From: an uncultured bacterium
Lineage (GTDB): Bacteria; Auribacterota; Erginobacteria; Erginobacterales; Erginobacteraceae
Assembly (NCBI GenBank): GCA_963822585.1
Contig: CAWGIE010000026.1
Coordinates: forward strand, 388,994 to 452,993
Reading direction: 5' to 3'
Length of the DNA: 64,000 nucleotides
This document shows positions 40,888 to 52,544 of the stretch, piece after piece; position 1 is the first letter of the stretch, and every line of letters begins with the position of its first letter. Under the pieces are notes generated by a model. The model saw only the letters and a program-made list of their open reading frames with translations, was not told the origin of the DNA and searched no databases. Made by a program: the position numbers and the translations under genes.

Positions 40888-43800
40888 TTATCTGCCGCAG
40901 CATTTCTTGAATTTCTTTCCGCTTCCGCAGGGACAGGGAGCATTCGCTCCCGTCTTTTTCCCCTCCCGGTGATAGGTCCCCCGGGAAACAAGCGCGGGCT
41001 CCGGCGCGGGCGCTCCCTGGGGAAACCCGGGAGGCGGTTCGAGGCCGGCGGCGGGGGCGGACGGGGCCGGAACGAGGCGCTTCCTGGAAAATGCCCCGAC
41101 CTCTTCGTGGATGAAACGCTCGGAAACGCTCTCGACCGGGGGGCGGATGGAACTCCGGAAAATGTTCGCGGCCACCTCCTGCTTTAGGCTGTTCTCCATT
41201 TCCGCGAACATCTTGAAGCTCTCTTCCTTATAGGCGATCAGGGGATCCACCTGGGCGTACGCCCGCAGGGAAATTCCCTGGCGCAGATCATCCATCCCAT
41301 AAAGATGCTCCTGCCAGAGGCGATCGATCACCCCCAGGATGACCAGCTTCTCCAGCCGGCGCATATTTTCCTGCCCCTCATACTCTTCCTTGAAATCATA
41401 AAGCCGGCTGACCATCTCGACGATCCGGGCGACCAGGGCATCCGGGGCCAGATTCTCTTCCTCCCGCCACTTTTCGGCATTGATGTGAATCGGGAATGTG
41501 GTGCTGACCCAGGTACTGAGTCCCCGCCAGTTCCATTCTTCCCGGGGGACATCGACAGGACAGTAAAGAACGACCTTTTCATCCACCCCCTCTTCAATAA
41601 TCGCCATGATTCCCCGGCGGGGGTGCGCGCTGTCAATGATGCTGTTGCGGAAGGAGTAAATTTCTTCCCGCTGCTTATTGATTATATCGTCATACTTTAA
41701 AACCTGTTCGCGGATGGAAAAATTATGAGCTTCCACCTTTTTCTGGGCGGTTACAATGGCGCGGGTCAACAGCGGATGAGTCATCTCCTCACCTTCTTCC
41801 AGCCCCATCTTGCCCATGATGCCGGCAATCCGGTCCGATCCGAAAAGCCGCATGAGGTCGTCTTCCAGGGAAAGATAGAACCGGGATGAGCCGGGATCCC
41901 CCTGCCGGGCGCACCGCCCCCGTAACTGGAGATCGATCCGCCGGGCTTCATGCCGCTCGGTCCCGATAACATGGAGCCCCCCCCTTTCCACCACCCCCGG
42001 ACCAAGCTTGATGTCGGTACCGCGCCCGGCCATGTTGGTGGAGATCGTGACCGCGTGGCTCTGCCCGGCCCGGCTCACGATCTCGGCCTCCTGCTGGTGA
42101 TACCGGGCGTTCAAAACCTGGTGGGGTATCTTCCTCCTCTTCAGAAGCCTGCTTACTATTTCCGAGGTTTCCACGGTGATGGTCCCGACCAGAACGGGCT
42201 GACCACGTTGATAGCATTCCTGTATCTCATCGATCACGGCTTTGTACTTTTCGTTCTTGGTCTTATAAATCTTGTCGTTGTAATTGATCCGGGCGATCGG
42301 CCGGTTGGTGGGGATCACGATCACATCAAGCTTGTAAATCTTGTCGAACTCGAGCGCCTCGGTTTCCGCGGTACCGGTCATCCCGGCCAGTTTTTCATAC
42401 ATCCGGAAATAATTCTGGATGGTAATCGAAGCCAGGGTCTGGGTTTCTCTTTCAATCTTGACGCCTTCCTTCGCTTCCAGTGCCTGATGCAGACCATCGC
42501 TGTATCGGCGACCCGGCATCAGACGGCCGGTGAACTCGTCGACGATGATCACCTGGTTATCCTGAATGACGTAATTGACGTCCTTTTCAAAAAGGGCCAG
42601 TGCCCGAAGAGAGGTGATGGCGTTATGGATCTTCTCGCTCTTCAGGTTCACCTCCTCCTCCAGGTACTGAATCCGGCGCCGCTTTTCCTCCGGAACCAGC
42701 TCTGGGTCCTCTTCTATCTCCTGTCTGACGACCAGAAAATCAGGGAGCACGAACTCCTCCGGGTCATGGGGGGAGAGCACGGAATGGCCTTTCTCGGTGA
42801 TATCAATTTCATGGGCCCGCTCGTCGATGGTAAAAAACAGTTCCTCCCGCAAGGCTCTCCCTTCATCCGCCCGGGGGGCTTGTTTCGACTTGGAATCCAG
42901 ATCGGTCTCATTTTTCTGGAGCATTTTCCGAATTTCGGGCTGCTCCATCAAGCTCAACAGCTGCTTGTTGAGAGGAGACCCCTTTTTAACCTGGTAGAAT
43001 TTCCGATAAGCGGACTCCTCATCCCCTTGATCCAAATAATCTTTCCCTTCTTTGAAGAGCCGGTTGCAGAAAAGATTCTGCTTCCGGGCCAGGTCCTGCA
43101 TACGGGGCATGATCTCCCGGAACTTATGGGTCGAGACGGTTACCGGCCCGGAGATGATGAGGGGCGTCCGGGCCTCATCGATAAGAATGCTGTCGACCTC
43201 GTCGATAATGGCGTAAAAGTGGCCCCGCTGGAGCTCGTCTTTTTCCCGGTTATAATAGAGATATTTCCTCTGGACCTGCTCCTCCTGCCGCCGCGCCATA
43301 TTATCTCTGAGGTAGTCGAAACCGAATTCATTGTTTGTTCCATAGGTAATGTCGGCCGCGTATGCCTGCTGTTTCTCGGGGGGAGACATTCCGCTCTGGA
43401 TACATCCAACCGTGATCCCCAGGAATTCATAGATCGGCCCCATCCATTCCCGGTCCCGGCGGGCCAGGTAATCGTTCACGGTGACCAGGTGAACGCTCTT
43501 GCCGCTGAGGGCGTTGAGATAGAGGGGCATCGTGGCGACCAGGGTTTTCCCCTCCCCCGTCGCCATCTCGGCGATCTTCCCCTGGTGGAGAGCAATCGCC
43601 CCGATCAACTGCACGTCAAAGGGGATCATCTCCCAGGTTATTTCCTGGTCGCAGACCAGCATGGTCTTTCCCATCAATCGCCGGCTGACATTCTTGACCG
43701 CCGCGAAAGCCTCGGGGAGTAGTTCGTCCAGCATCGCCTGCTCTTCTTCTCTCAGCTTCCCGGTCAGCCGCCTTTCCTCCGCCCTCAGAGCATCCTCCTC

Positions 43801-44031
43801 CGCGGGGGATATTCCTTCCGCCAGTGACCGCTGTACTTCTTCCAGACGGGAGGAGACCTCATCCGTCCGGGCCTTAAAACGATTTCGGAATTCCACGGTC
43901 TTGGCGCGGAGTTCCTGATCGGAGAGTTCCCGGTATTCTTCCTCCAGCCGATTGATTTTATCCACCAGCGGCTGGAGCTTTTTCCGGTCGCGCTCAAATT
44001 TGGTGCCGAAGACTTTGCGTAAGATACTCAT
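40888..44031 (-). CDS. secA: Preprotein translocase subunit SecA
   Basis: MATGEGKT, DEVDSILIDEARTPLIISG, TNMAGRGTD, C-terminal CPCGSGKKFKKCC. Confidence 0.97.
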   Translation of the reverse strand: MSILRKVFGTKFERDRKKLQPLVDKINRLEEEYRELSDQELRAKTVEFRNRFKARTDEVSSRLEEVQRSLAEGISPAEEDALRAEERRLTGKLREEEQAMLDELLPEAFAAVKNVSRRLMGKTMLVCDQEITWEMIPFDVQLIGAIALHQGKIAEMATGEGKTLVATMPLYLNALSGKSVHLVTVNDYLARRDREWMGPIYEFLGITVGCIQSGMSPPEKQQAYAADITYGTNNEFGFDYLRDNMARRQEEQVQRKYLYYNREKDELQRGHFYAIIDEVDSILIDEARTPLIISGPVTVSTHKFREIMPRMQDLARKQNLFCNRLFKEGKDYLDQGDEESAYRKFYQVKKGSPLNKQLLSLMEQPEIRKMLQKNETDLDSKSKQAPRADEGRALREELFFTIDERAHEIDITEKGHSVLSPHDPEEFVLPDFLVVRQEIEEDPELVPEEKRRRIQYLEEEVNLKSEKIHNAITSLRALALFEKDVNYVIQDNQVIIVDEFTGRLMPGRRYSDGLHQALEAKEGVKIERETQTLASITIQNYFRMYEKLAGMTGTAETEALEFDKIYKLDVIVIPTNRPIARINYNDKIYKTKNEKYKAVIDEIQECYQRGQPVLVGTITVETSEIVSRLLKRRKIPHQVLNARYHQQEAEIVSRAGQSHAVTISTNMAGRGTDIKLGPGVVERGGLHVIGTERHEARRIDLQLRGRCARQGDPGSSRFYLSLEDDLMRLFGSDRIAGIMGKMGLEEGEEMTHPLLTRAIVTAQKKVEAHNFSIREQVLKYDDIINKQREEIYSFRNSIIDSAHPRRGIMAIIEEGVDEKVVLYCPVDVPREEWNWRGLSTWVSTTFPIHINAEKWREEENLAPDALVARIVEMVSRLYDFKEEYEGQENMRRLEKLVILGVIDRLWQEHLYGMDDLRQGISLRAYAQVDPLIAYKEESFKMFAEMENSLKQEVAANIFRSSIRPPVESVSERFIHEEVGAFSRKRLVPAPSAPAAGLEPPPGFPQGAPAPEPALVSRGTYHREGKKTGANAPCPCGSGKKFKKCCGR

Positions 44032-44086
44032 GGATAATTCAGCTCGGGTTGATTGAATTGTATCAAAACACGCTACCGGTCACCGG

Positions 44087-44184
44087 GGAGTGATGGAGTA
44101 CTGGAGTGTTGGAGTAATGGGAACCCGCTAACCGGGGGCCGGGACCTTCTCCATCACTCCATTACTCCACTATTCCAATACTCC
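44087..44184. repeat. 8-mer tandem-repeat hairpin
   Basis: GGAGTGATGGAGTACTGGAGTGTTGGAGTAATGG ... CCATCACTCCATTACTCCACTATTCCAATACTCC. Confidence 0.8.
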
Positions 44185-44244
44185 TTTTGGGCACTTTTGA
44201 TTCATGTATGAAGCGGTGAACCATTGCAGTGCCATCTTCTGCTA

Positions 44245-44997
44245 TCAATCTACTCCCCCCCCCATCTCGATCACCGCCCGGTCCCGCTGGCCGGGGATCT
44301 TCAGTTCCTGCCCGACCTTGAGATCGTTGGGGTTCGCCAGCACATCCCGATTAGCCTGGTAGATCTGTTTCCAGGCGGTGCGGTCTCCATAAAATTTCTG
44401 GGCGATCCGGGCGAGAGTATCTCCCTGCTGAACGATATAACCGGGACGAGACGGGGGGGGCGCCTCGATACCTTCCGGCACCGGGGTTCCGGGAGGGGAA
44501 GCCGCGGCGCCCGGGACCGGGGGGGGGGATCCGGCCGGCGACGGCAGCTCTTGCCCCCCGGCGGCGGCAGGAGACGCTTCGCTTGCCGCTCCGGTTTTTA
44601 CTTCGATCGTCTGCTTGCTCTTTTCCAGCCATCTCCGAACCCGATCGGCTTTTTCGGAATCGGGCTCCAATTCCAGAAACCGATTATAAAAATAGACCGC
44701 CTGCCTTTCGTCTTTCAGATTGTCGTCATAGATGATACCCAGCTGAAGGTAGGCATCGGCGTTATCCGGGTCCATTTCCAGAGCCTTATGATACATCTCG
44801 ACCGCTCCGGTATAATTTCCCTGTTGATACAACGCCCTTGCTTTCCCGATATGATCAGGGACCAGCCCCCCCTCCGTTTCTTCCGCCTTCTCCCGGCCGC
44901 ACCGCAGCACCGGGAGGGAGAAAAGCGCGATCAGGAGTGAATAACGCACTATACTGATCAGAAATTTTCCGTTCATCGGATTAATGCGGAGAGTCAT
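44245..44997 (-). CDS. TPR and LysM domain protein
   Basis: TPR motifs, Pro-rich linker, LysM YIVQQGDTLARIAQKFYG...IYQAN...LKVGQELKIP. Confidence 0.85.
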   Translation of the reverse strand: MTLRINPMNGKFLISIVRYSLLIALFSLPVLRCGREKAEETEGGLVPDHIGKARALYQQGNYTGAVEMYHKALEMDPDNADAYLQLGIIYDDNLKDERQAVYFYNRFLELEPDSEKADRVRRWLEKSKQTIEVKTGAASEASPAAAGGQELPSPAGSPPPVPGAAASPPGTPVPEGIEAPPPSRPGYIVQQGDTLARIAQKFYGDRTAWKQIYQANRDVLANPNDLKVGQELKIPGQRDRAVIEMGGGVD

Positions 44998-45013
44998 GCC
45001 GCATAGAAATGCA

Positions 45014-47188
45014 CTACTCCTGCAGCCACTTGGCGAGTTCCTTGGCCTGGGGTGTGTCGGGAGCCAGCCGGACGTACTTCACGGCAAAGGGGCGAGCCAG
45101 GTTCTTCATTTTATAATGATGGTAATACAGATCGAAGATAGCTAATTGCGCCGGCGCGAAATCCGGGTTCAGGAGCGCGGACTTTTTGTAAGCGGCGAGG
45201 GCAGCGGCCGGTTTGCCGGTTTTATTGTAGAGCACCCCCAGGTTATAGAACGCCTGATAAAAATCCGGTTTCAGATTAATCGCCCGCACATATTCCTGGC
45301 GGGCGGCCTCAAGCTGGCCCGAAGCCTGATAATTAGTACCCCGGTTATAATGCTCGACGGCGGAAATCGGACGGGCCTGCATGACCGGCGGCGGGCGCCG
45401 CTGTTCCAGCTTTTCCTTCGGTTCGGCCGTCGGGCCGAGGAAAGCCCGGACCCGCTCCGCCTCTTTTCCCTTCGGGGAATGTTCCAAATACAGAGTGTAA
45501 TAGGTCCGGGCACGGCCCGGATTCTTCAATTCCCCGGCGTAAAGATCTCCCAGGGCCAGATAATCATCGGCGACCTCCGATTTGAGATCGAGGCAGGACT
45601 GCAGATGGGAGGCGGCGGCGGAAAAATCACCTGATTCGTACTTGCTCCGGAAATAGGCGTGATGGGCCTTCCAGAGCCCTTCGTCGGCCTCCTCCACACT
45701 CCCCTCCTCGCGGGCTTTCTGAAACCAGCCGATCGATTCTTCCAGATGTTTCGAGGAGAGGGCGGCGTCACCGCACAGGAGATAGGACCGGGCCAGGTCA
45801 TCCCCAACGGGCAGCGTTCCGTCCAGAGAACGGGCTTTTTCCAAAGCGGAGACGGCCCGGGTATATTCGCCCTGCGCGAGGAGGGCCTTCCCCAGCCCCC
45901 GATAAGCTTTCGCATATTCCGGGTCAATCTTCAGGCAACGTTGAAAGGCGGAAATGGCCAATGCCGTTTCTCCTGACTGCTCCCGCTGCATCCCCTCCCG
46001 GTAATAATCATCCGCGCCGATCACGGGCGTCGCCGCGGCGACGGAGGGAGGGGGGGACGGGGGGGCGGGTAACGGGGCGGGCGGAGTGGGTGGCAGTCCC
46101 TCCCCGGCCAGAGTGTTGCCCCCGATCCGGGCACGGGCTTCTTTCAACCGGGCGATGACTTCCGGAGCACGGGATGATTTCGGGTTGGCGGATAGAAACG
46201 TTTCATAATGCTGAATCGCGCTGACCGTATCTCCCAGAAATGTATCATAGAGTATTCCCAGGCGATAATGGAGATCGCTGGACAAGGGATCCAGTTTCAG
46301 GGCGCTCAGATATTCCTTTTCCGCCAGATGAAACTGTCCGGCCTTTTCGTATCCCCGGGCCCGTTCCAGGTAATCGTCACGCGATAACAATTCTTTCTCC
46401 GAGGATGAGGCCGCCCCGGCCGTCTGCAGAAGCTGCTTGATCTCCAGTTCCTCCGGGGCGTAGGGATTGGCTTTCAGGTAAGCCAGGAGCGCTTCCGTAC
46501 CCCGCTGATCTTTTTCATCGAGAGCCAGAGAACTAACCCCGAAGTTATAGAGAGCCTGGGAAAATTCCGGCTCAATCTCCAATGCCTTCCGAAATTCATC
46601 CCGGGCGGCGGTTTTTTCACCCTTTTTCCAGAGCAAGACTCCCAGGTTGTTATAGCCGGGCGCCGGCCGATCGGGCCCGACCGCCAGAAATGAACGGAAA
46701 TATTTCTCCGCCTCATCCGGCTTTCCCCTATCGACACACACCGCTCCCAGTCGATACAGGGCGGCGGGGAAACGGGGATCAATCTCCAGAGCGCGTCGGT
46801 AATACTGCTCGGCCCGGGTCAGGTCGTCGAGATCCCGGTAGAGACATCCCAGGTTATACGGCAACTCGGGATCGGTAGTGTTTTTCTCCACCGCGAGTGT
46901 CAGCTCTTCGATGGCTTTCGTGTAGAGATTCTGGGCGCGATAGATCTGACCGAGGGCGTTATGAGCTTTCGCGTTGTCCGGCTCCATCTGAATAAGCCGG
47001 CGCATTTCAACCACCGCCTGGTCATACTTCTTCTGGCGGGCAAGTTTCAGCCCCCTCTGATAGGTCCGGGCGGACCGGTCACCGCATCCGGGAGCAGTCA
47101 TGACCAGCAGGGACAGAAAAACAAGAAAATATCCGGACCGGGGAAATCCTGACTGCACGGGGGCGAAATATCTTTTGAACTTCAGCAT
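45014..47188 (-). CDS. Tetratricopeptide-repeat lipoprotein
   Basis: Lipobox-like APGC; numerous TPRs (YNLG, NNLG). Confidence 0.8.
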   Translation of the reverse strand: MLKFKRYFAPVQSGFPRSGYFLVFLSLLVMTAPGCGDRSARTYQRGLKLARQKKYDQAVVEMRRLIQMEPDNAKAHNALGQIYRAQNLYTKAIEELTLAVEKNTTDPELPYNLGCLYRDLDDLTRAEQYYRRALEIDPRFPAALYRLGAVCVDRGKPDEAEKYFRSFLAVGPDRPAPGYNNLGVLLWKKGEKTAARDEFRKALEIEPEFSQALYNFGVSSLALDEKDQRGTEALLAYLKANPYAPEELEIKQLLQTAGAASSSEKELLSRDDYLERARGYEKAGQFHLAEKEYLSALKLDPLSSDLHYRLGILYDTFLGDTVSAIQHYETFLSANPKSSRAPEVIARLKEARARIGGNTLAGEGLPPTPPAPLPAPPSPPPSVAAATPVIGADDYYREGMQREQSGETALAISAFQRCLKIDPEYAKAYRGLGKALLAQGEYTRAVSALEKARSLDGTLPVGDDLARSYLLCGDAALSSKHLEESIGWFQKAREEGSVEEADEGLWKAHHAYFRSKYESGDFSAAASHLQSCLDLKSEVADDYLALGDLYAGELKNPGRARTYYTLYLEHSPKGKEAERVRAFLGPTAEPKEKLEQRRPPPVMQARPISAVEHYNRGTNYQASGQLEAARQEYVRAINLKPDFYQAFYNLGVLYNKTGKPAAALAAYKKSALLNPDFAPAQLAIFDLYYHHYKMKNLARPFAVKYVRLAPDTPQAKELAKWLQE

Positions 47189-47217
47189 TGTTCACCACTG
47201 GGGAAAAACACGGATAC

Positions 47218-48033
47218 CTATATCCCTCCCTGATCTTCAGGCTCTTCGGCATGGTCCTGATTCCCGGCGGCGGGGAGAGCCGATTCTTCTTCACTCTCCC
47301 ACCATTGCTGCCAGGCCCTTTGCTGGCCGGACCGGATCAGGGGATCGTCATCATACTGAAAAGGGAAATCCCGCCCGGAAATGGCCTTAACGGCCTCCCA
47401 GCTGTCCTTCCGGACGGAGGGGTCGGGATCATTCATCGTCGCGATCAGCGGACCGAGCGCGGATCTGTCCCGATAAAGACCCAGAACATATGCCGCGGTG
47501 GATCGGGTGGGGGGCTGGGGATCCTGGAGAAGCTTGACGATGCCGGGGAAGGCCTTCCGGGAACGTATCTTGCCCAGGAACATCAGGGCCTGGAAACGGA
47601 AATCTTCGTACTGGCTTCCCAGCCCGGCGACCAGGACATCCTCTCCCGAATAATCCCCCAGCTCGTAGAGAGCCGAAGCAGCCGAAAACCTGACCGCCTC
47701 CTCCTCATCCGTCAGGGCGCTCCGGAGTGGTTCAATCGTCCGCGGGTCCTGAAAGTTATTGAGGGCCAGAGTCGCCTCGATACGCACGACCACGGATTCA
47801 TCCTTCAGCCGGCCGGCAATAAGGGGGATCGCCGACGGATTGAGGCTGTCTCCAAGAAACCTGACCGCCTCCACCCGAATGTTCTCATCCGAATCAAGAA
47901 GGGCTTCCTGGGCCTCTTCAAAGGAAAAGATCACCGGGAGGGGCGGTTCCGTGGATGCGCAACCAGCCAAGAGGATGACTGCCAGGAAGATGAGACCTCT
48001 ACTGTTCCGGAGGAGGTGAGGCATGTTTTTCAA
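47218..48033 (-). CDS. HEAT-repeat lipoprotein
   Basis: Lipobox LAGC; repeated VR..A...LG HEAT/PBS-type motifs. Confidence 0.75.
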   Translation of the reverse strand: MKNMPHLLRNSRGLIFLAVILLAGCASTEPPLPVIFSFEEAQEALLDSDENIRVEAVRFLGDSLNPSAIPLIAGRLKDESVVVRIEATLALNNFQDPRTIEPLRSALTDEEEAVRFSAASALYELGDYSGEDVLVAGLGSQYEDFRFQALMFLGKIRSRKAFPGIVKLLQDPQPPTRSTAAYVLGLYRDRSALGPLIATMNDPDPSVRKDSWEAVKAISGRDFPFQYDDDPLIRSGQQRAWQQWWESEEESALPAAGNQDHAEEPEDQGGI

Positions 48034-48412
48034 CTCCGCGTCTTATGGATTCCAGCTCTTCCGGCCAGTGTTCTTGAAGGACGCCGTAATGCTCATCGAT
48101 GATAGCCTGGCGATCCGCGAAGTAAAGCTGCTCTGTCTCCGACAGGCTACTGCTTAAATCCTGCTGATACTGAATCGCCAGGATCTCGTTGGGAGCATTC
48201 TTCACTTTCAGCTTGGTTGTCTCTTCCAGATTCGACCTTCGCGCTTCATATGCTTTTTCCAGGAGATCCAGCCGGGGACGATGCTTCTCCATGTCCGGGG
48301 GGATCCGATTGATGATGGTTACCGTCAGGAAGACAACCCCGGTGACAATCAGCGCGATCAGAAGCACTTTGAGAAGCTTATATCCCCAACCAACGATTGA
48401 CCGTTCATCCAT
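47999..48412 (-). CDS. Hypothetical membrane-anchored protein
   Basis: 137-aa ORF with one N-terminal TM helix, first gene of the TPR cluster. Confidence 0.6.
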   Translation of the reverse strand: MDERSIVGWGYKLLKVLLIALIVTGVVFLTVTIINRIPPDMEKHRPRLDLLEKAYEARRSNLEETTKLKVKNAPNEILAIQYQQDLSSSLSETEQLYFADRQAIIDEHYGVLQEHWPEELESIRRGVEKHASPPPEQ

Positions 48413-48414
48413 TA

Positions 48415-48620
48415 TAAATTAGCGCCTCCGGCGCTAATTTAGATAGTCACTTTTTTTCAAAATGAGATAGAAGTGATTATTTTGTTTGGTTTAGTTTTAA
48501 TCCAATGATTCACGCCAAAACGCATATTTTGAACGCCCTATTTAATTTCCGTGACCATAAATCAGCGCTTTCGGCGTACATTTAGATAGATCCGCTTTGC
48601 TATAAAATAGCGCTCACGCG

Positions 48621-48627
<7 letters not shown>
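48415..48627 (+). mobile_element. Dispersed element unit (48415-48557) plus further hairpin stubs
   Basis: TAAATTAGCGCCTCCGGCGCTAATTTA ... AATTTCCGTGACCA|TAAATCAGCGC...; also TAAAATAGCGC...GCGCTATTTT at 48603-48627. Confidence 0.65.
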
Positions 48628-51065
<2,438 letters not shown>

Positions 51066-51211
51066 AGTTGCTCTCCTCTTTTGAAAAAAATTTCGCTCTG
51101 TTCAGACTACGTCACGGCTACGGCTCTGACAACAGGAAATTCAACCCGTTCTCCCTTCCCCCGATTTTTTCATACATCGGACCCGTATCGAACGGTGGGT
51201 GAAATCCCGGA

Positions 51212-51254
51212 TAAGAAAGAACGGGGCTCACATTAACCTGCGGTGAGCCCCGTT
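51212..51254 (-). terminator. Putative intrinsic terminator after the OMP gene
   Basis: 12-bp stem AACGGGGCTCAC/GTGAGCCCCGTT followed by CTTTCTT on the minus strand. Confidence 0.45.
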
Positions 51255-51330
51255 AAAACCTGCCGGTTGTAACCCACGTTCCGAAATAGTGCCGCCTGTT
51301 TCTTCCGCAGCCCGTTCAGAGAGCGGGTAA

Positions 51331-51996
51331 TCAGAAGAAATACTTCAAGCCGGCGCCGATTATCACACTGTCCAGCTTCGCCTTCTCCCAGGCACCATCA
51401 TTGACTTTGTACTGATAATCCTCGAGGAACCAGAGGTGCTTGACGTCAATGTTAAGTACGATGTTCTGGGTAATGCAGTAATCGATCCCCAGCGCCACGT
51501 GGGCGCCGAAGGTATCCTTAGCCCGGACATCCACACCGGGCGAGTCGCTGTCGAAGCTATTGAATATCAAACTGGGGCCGAAACCGAGGTAAAGACCGAA
51601 ATTCGGCTCCGGTTCACCACGGAGTTCAAAAGTGAGGTTCATATAGGTCAATTCCGCGTGACCATACATGTTCGGATAATTCCATTCCGGCCGGGTATAG
51701 CCCACCGAGAGAGCGGTGGCAAAAACATTACTTACCATATAGGAGACAATCCCTTCATAAGCGATCGAGCTGTTGACATCGTCATTTGAGTAGGGGAAGA
51801 AATAAGCTACCCGGGCGCCCACGCCGGGGCCGCAGGAAACTCCGATCAACTGGTTGCCCAGCTTCATCGGTTTCCATTGGTCGACGCAACCGGCGTCACC
51901 AAGGCCTCGATCGAGATAGGCCTGTCCCCAGGCAATGCTGCTGACACCGATAACCAGGCTTACGCCCATCAGTACAGCGATCGCTTTTCTCATCAT
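51331..51996 (-). CDS. OmpW-like outer membrane beta-barrel protein
   Basis: Signal peptide, alternating beta-strands, C-terminal GLKYFF. Confidence 0.7.
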   Translation of the reverse strand: MMRKAIAVLMGVSLVIGVSSIAWGQAYLDRGLGDAGCVDQWKPMKLGNQLIGVSCGPGVGARVAYFFPYSNDDVNSSIAYEGIVSYMVSNVFATALSVGYTRPEWNYPNMYGHAELTYMNLTFELRGEPEPNFGLYLGFGPSLIFNSFDSDSPGVDVRAKDTFGAHVALGIDYCITQNIVLNIDVKHLWFLEDYQYKVNDGAWEKAKLDSVIIGAGLKYFF

Positions 51997-52100
51997 TATT
52001 GACTCCTTCTCTTACCCTGTTGAGAGAATCATTCTTTTTAGATGCGGCTACCTTACAATCGGCACACTGATAATGCAAGAAAAAAACAAGAAATTTTTTA

Positions 52101-52314
52101 CCGCCCCGAAAGCGTGCTTTCGGGGTCTGCCATTTCCACCACTGACCTTGCTATGCCGAAGGCGGGATTTTCAGCCGGAGGCTGATGCGCCTCCGGCGCA
52201 GAACCTTGTCCCGCCTCCGGCGGGGCCGCATACCCAATCGGGCACATGGCCCTCAACCACCCCGACTTCGTCGGGGCGGGGTGCCCTGCCCCGAAAGCTC
52301 GCTTTCGGGGTCTG
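52101..52314 (-). pseudogene. Decayed duplicate(s) of tRNA-Leu interrupted by short palindromes
   Basis: Blocks identical to the tRNA at 52126-52143, 52154-52170, 52201-52205, 52227-52259 and 52311-52314, separated by hairpin insertions. Confidence 0.85.
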
Positions 52315-52358
52315 ACGGCTTCTTACCCCTTATCCCTTACCCCTTATCCCTGCTTCCA

Positions 52359-52442
52359 TGCCGAAGGCGGGATTTGAACCCGCATACCCAATCGGGCACA
52401 TGGCCCTCAACCATGCGTGTCTGCCATTTCCACCACTTCGGC
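52359..52442 (-). tRNA. tRNA-Leu (anticodon GAG), CCA not encoded
   Basis: GCCGAAG acceptor stem, D-loop GG, CATGG-TTGAGGG-CCATG anticodon arm, long variable arm, GGTTCAAATCC T-arm. Confidence 0.95.
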
Positions 52443-52544
52443 TCAATCAGACAGTTTCTTCTTGAGAAACAACTTTCCCGGCCCTGACTTGAAATATTCT
52501 ATTGTTTACATCCTGGGCATCAATCTTCAACTCAGAATCCAGCT

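Noticed and set aside
48409..48418. TATAAT as the -10 box of a leaderless promoter at element ends
   Set aside because: The hexamer overlaps the ATG itself (TATAATG), leaving no spacing for transcription to start at that codon.
52154..52170. attL/attR of an island integrated at tRNA-Leu
   Set aside because: The duplicated tRNA 3' end is only about 200 bp from the gene, includes most of the tRNA body, and encloses no integrase or cargo.
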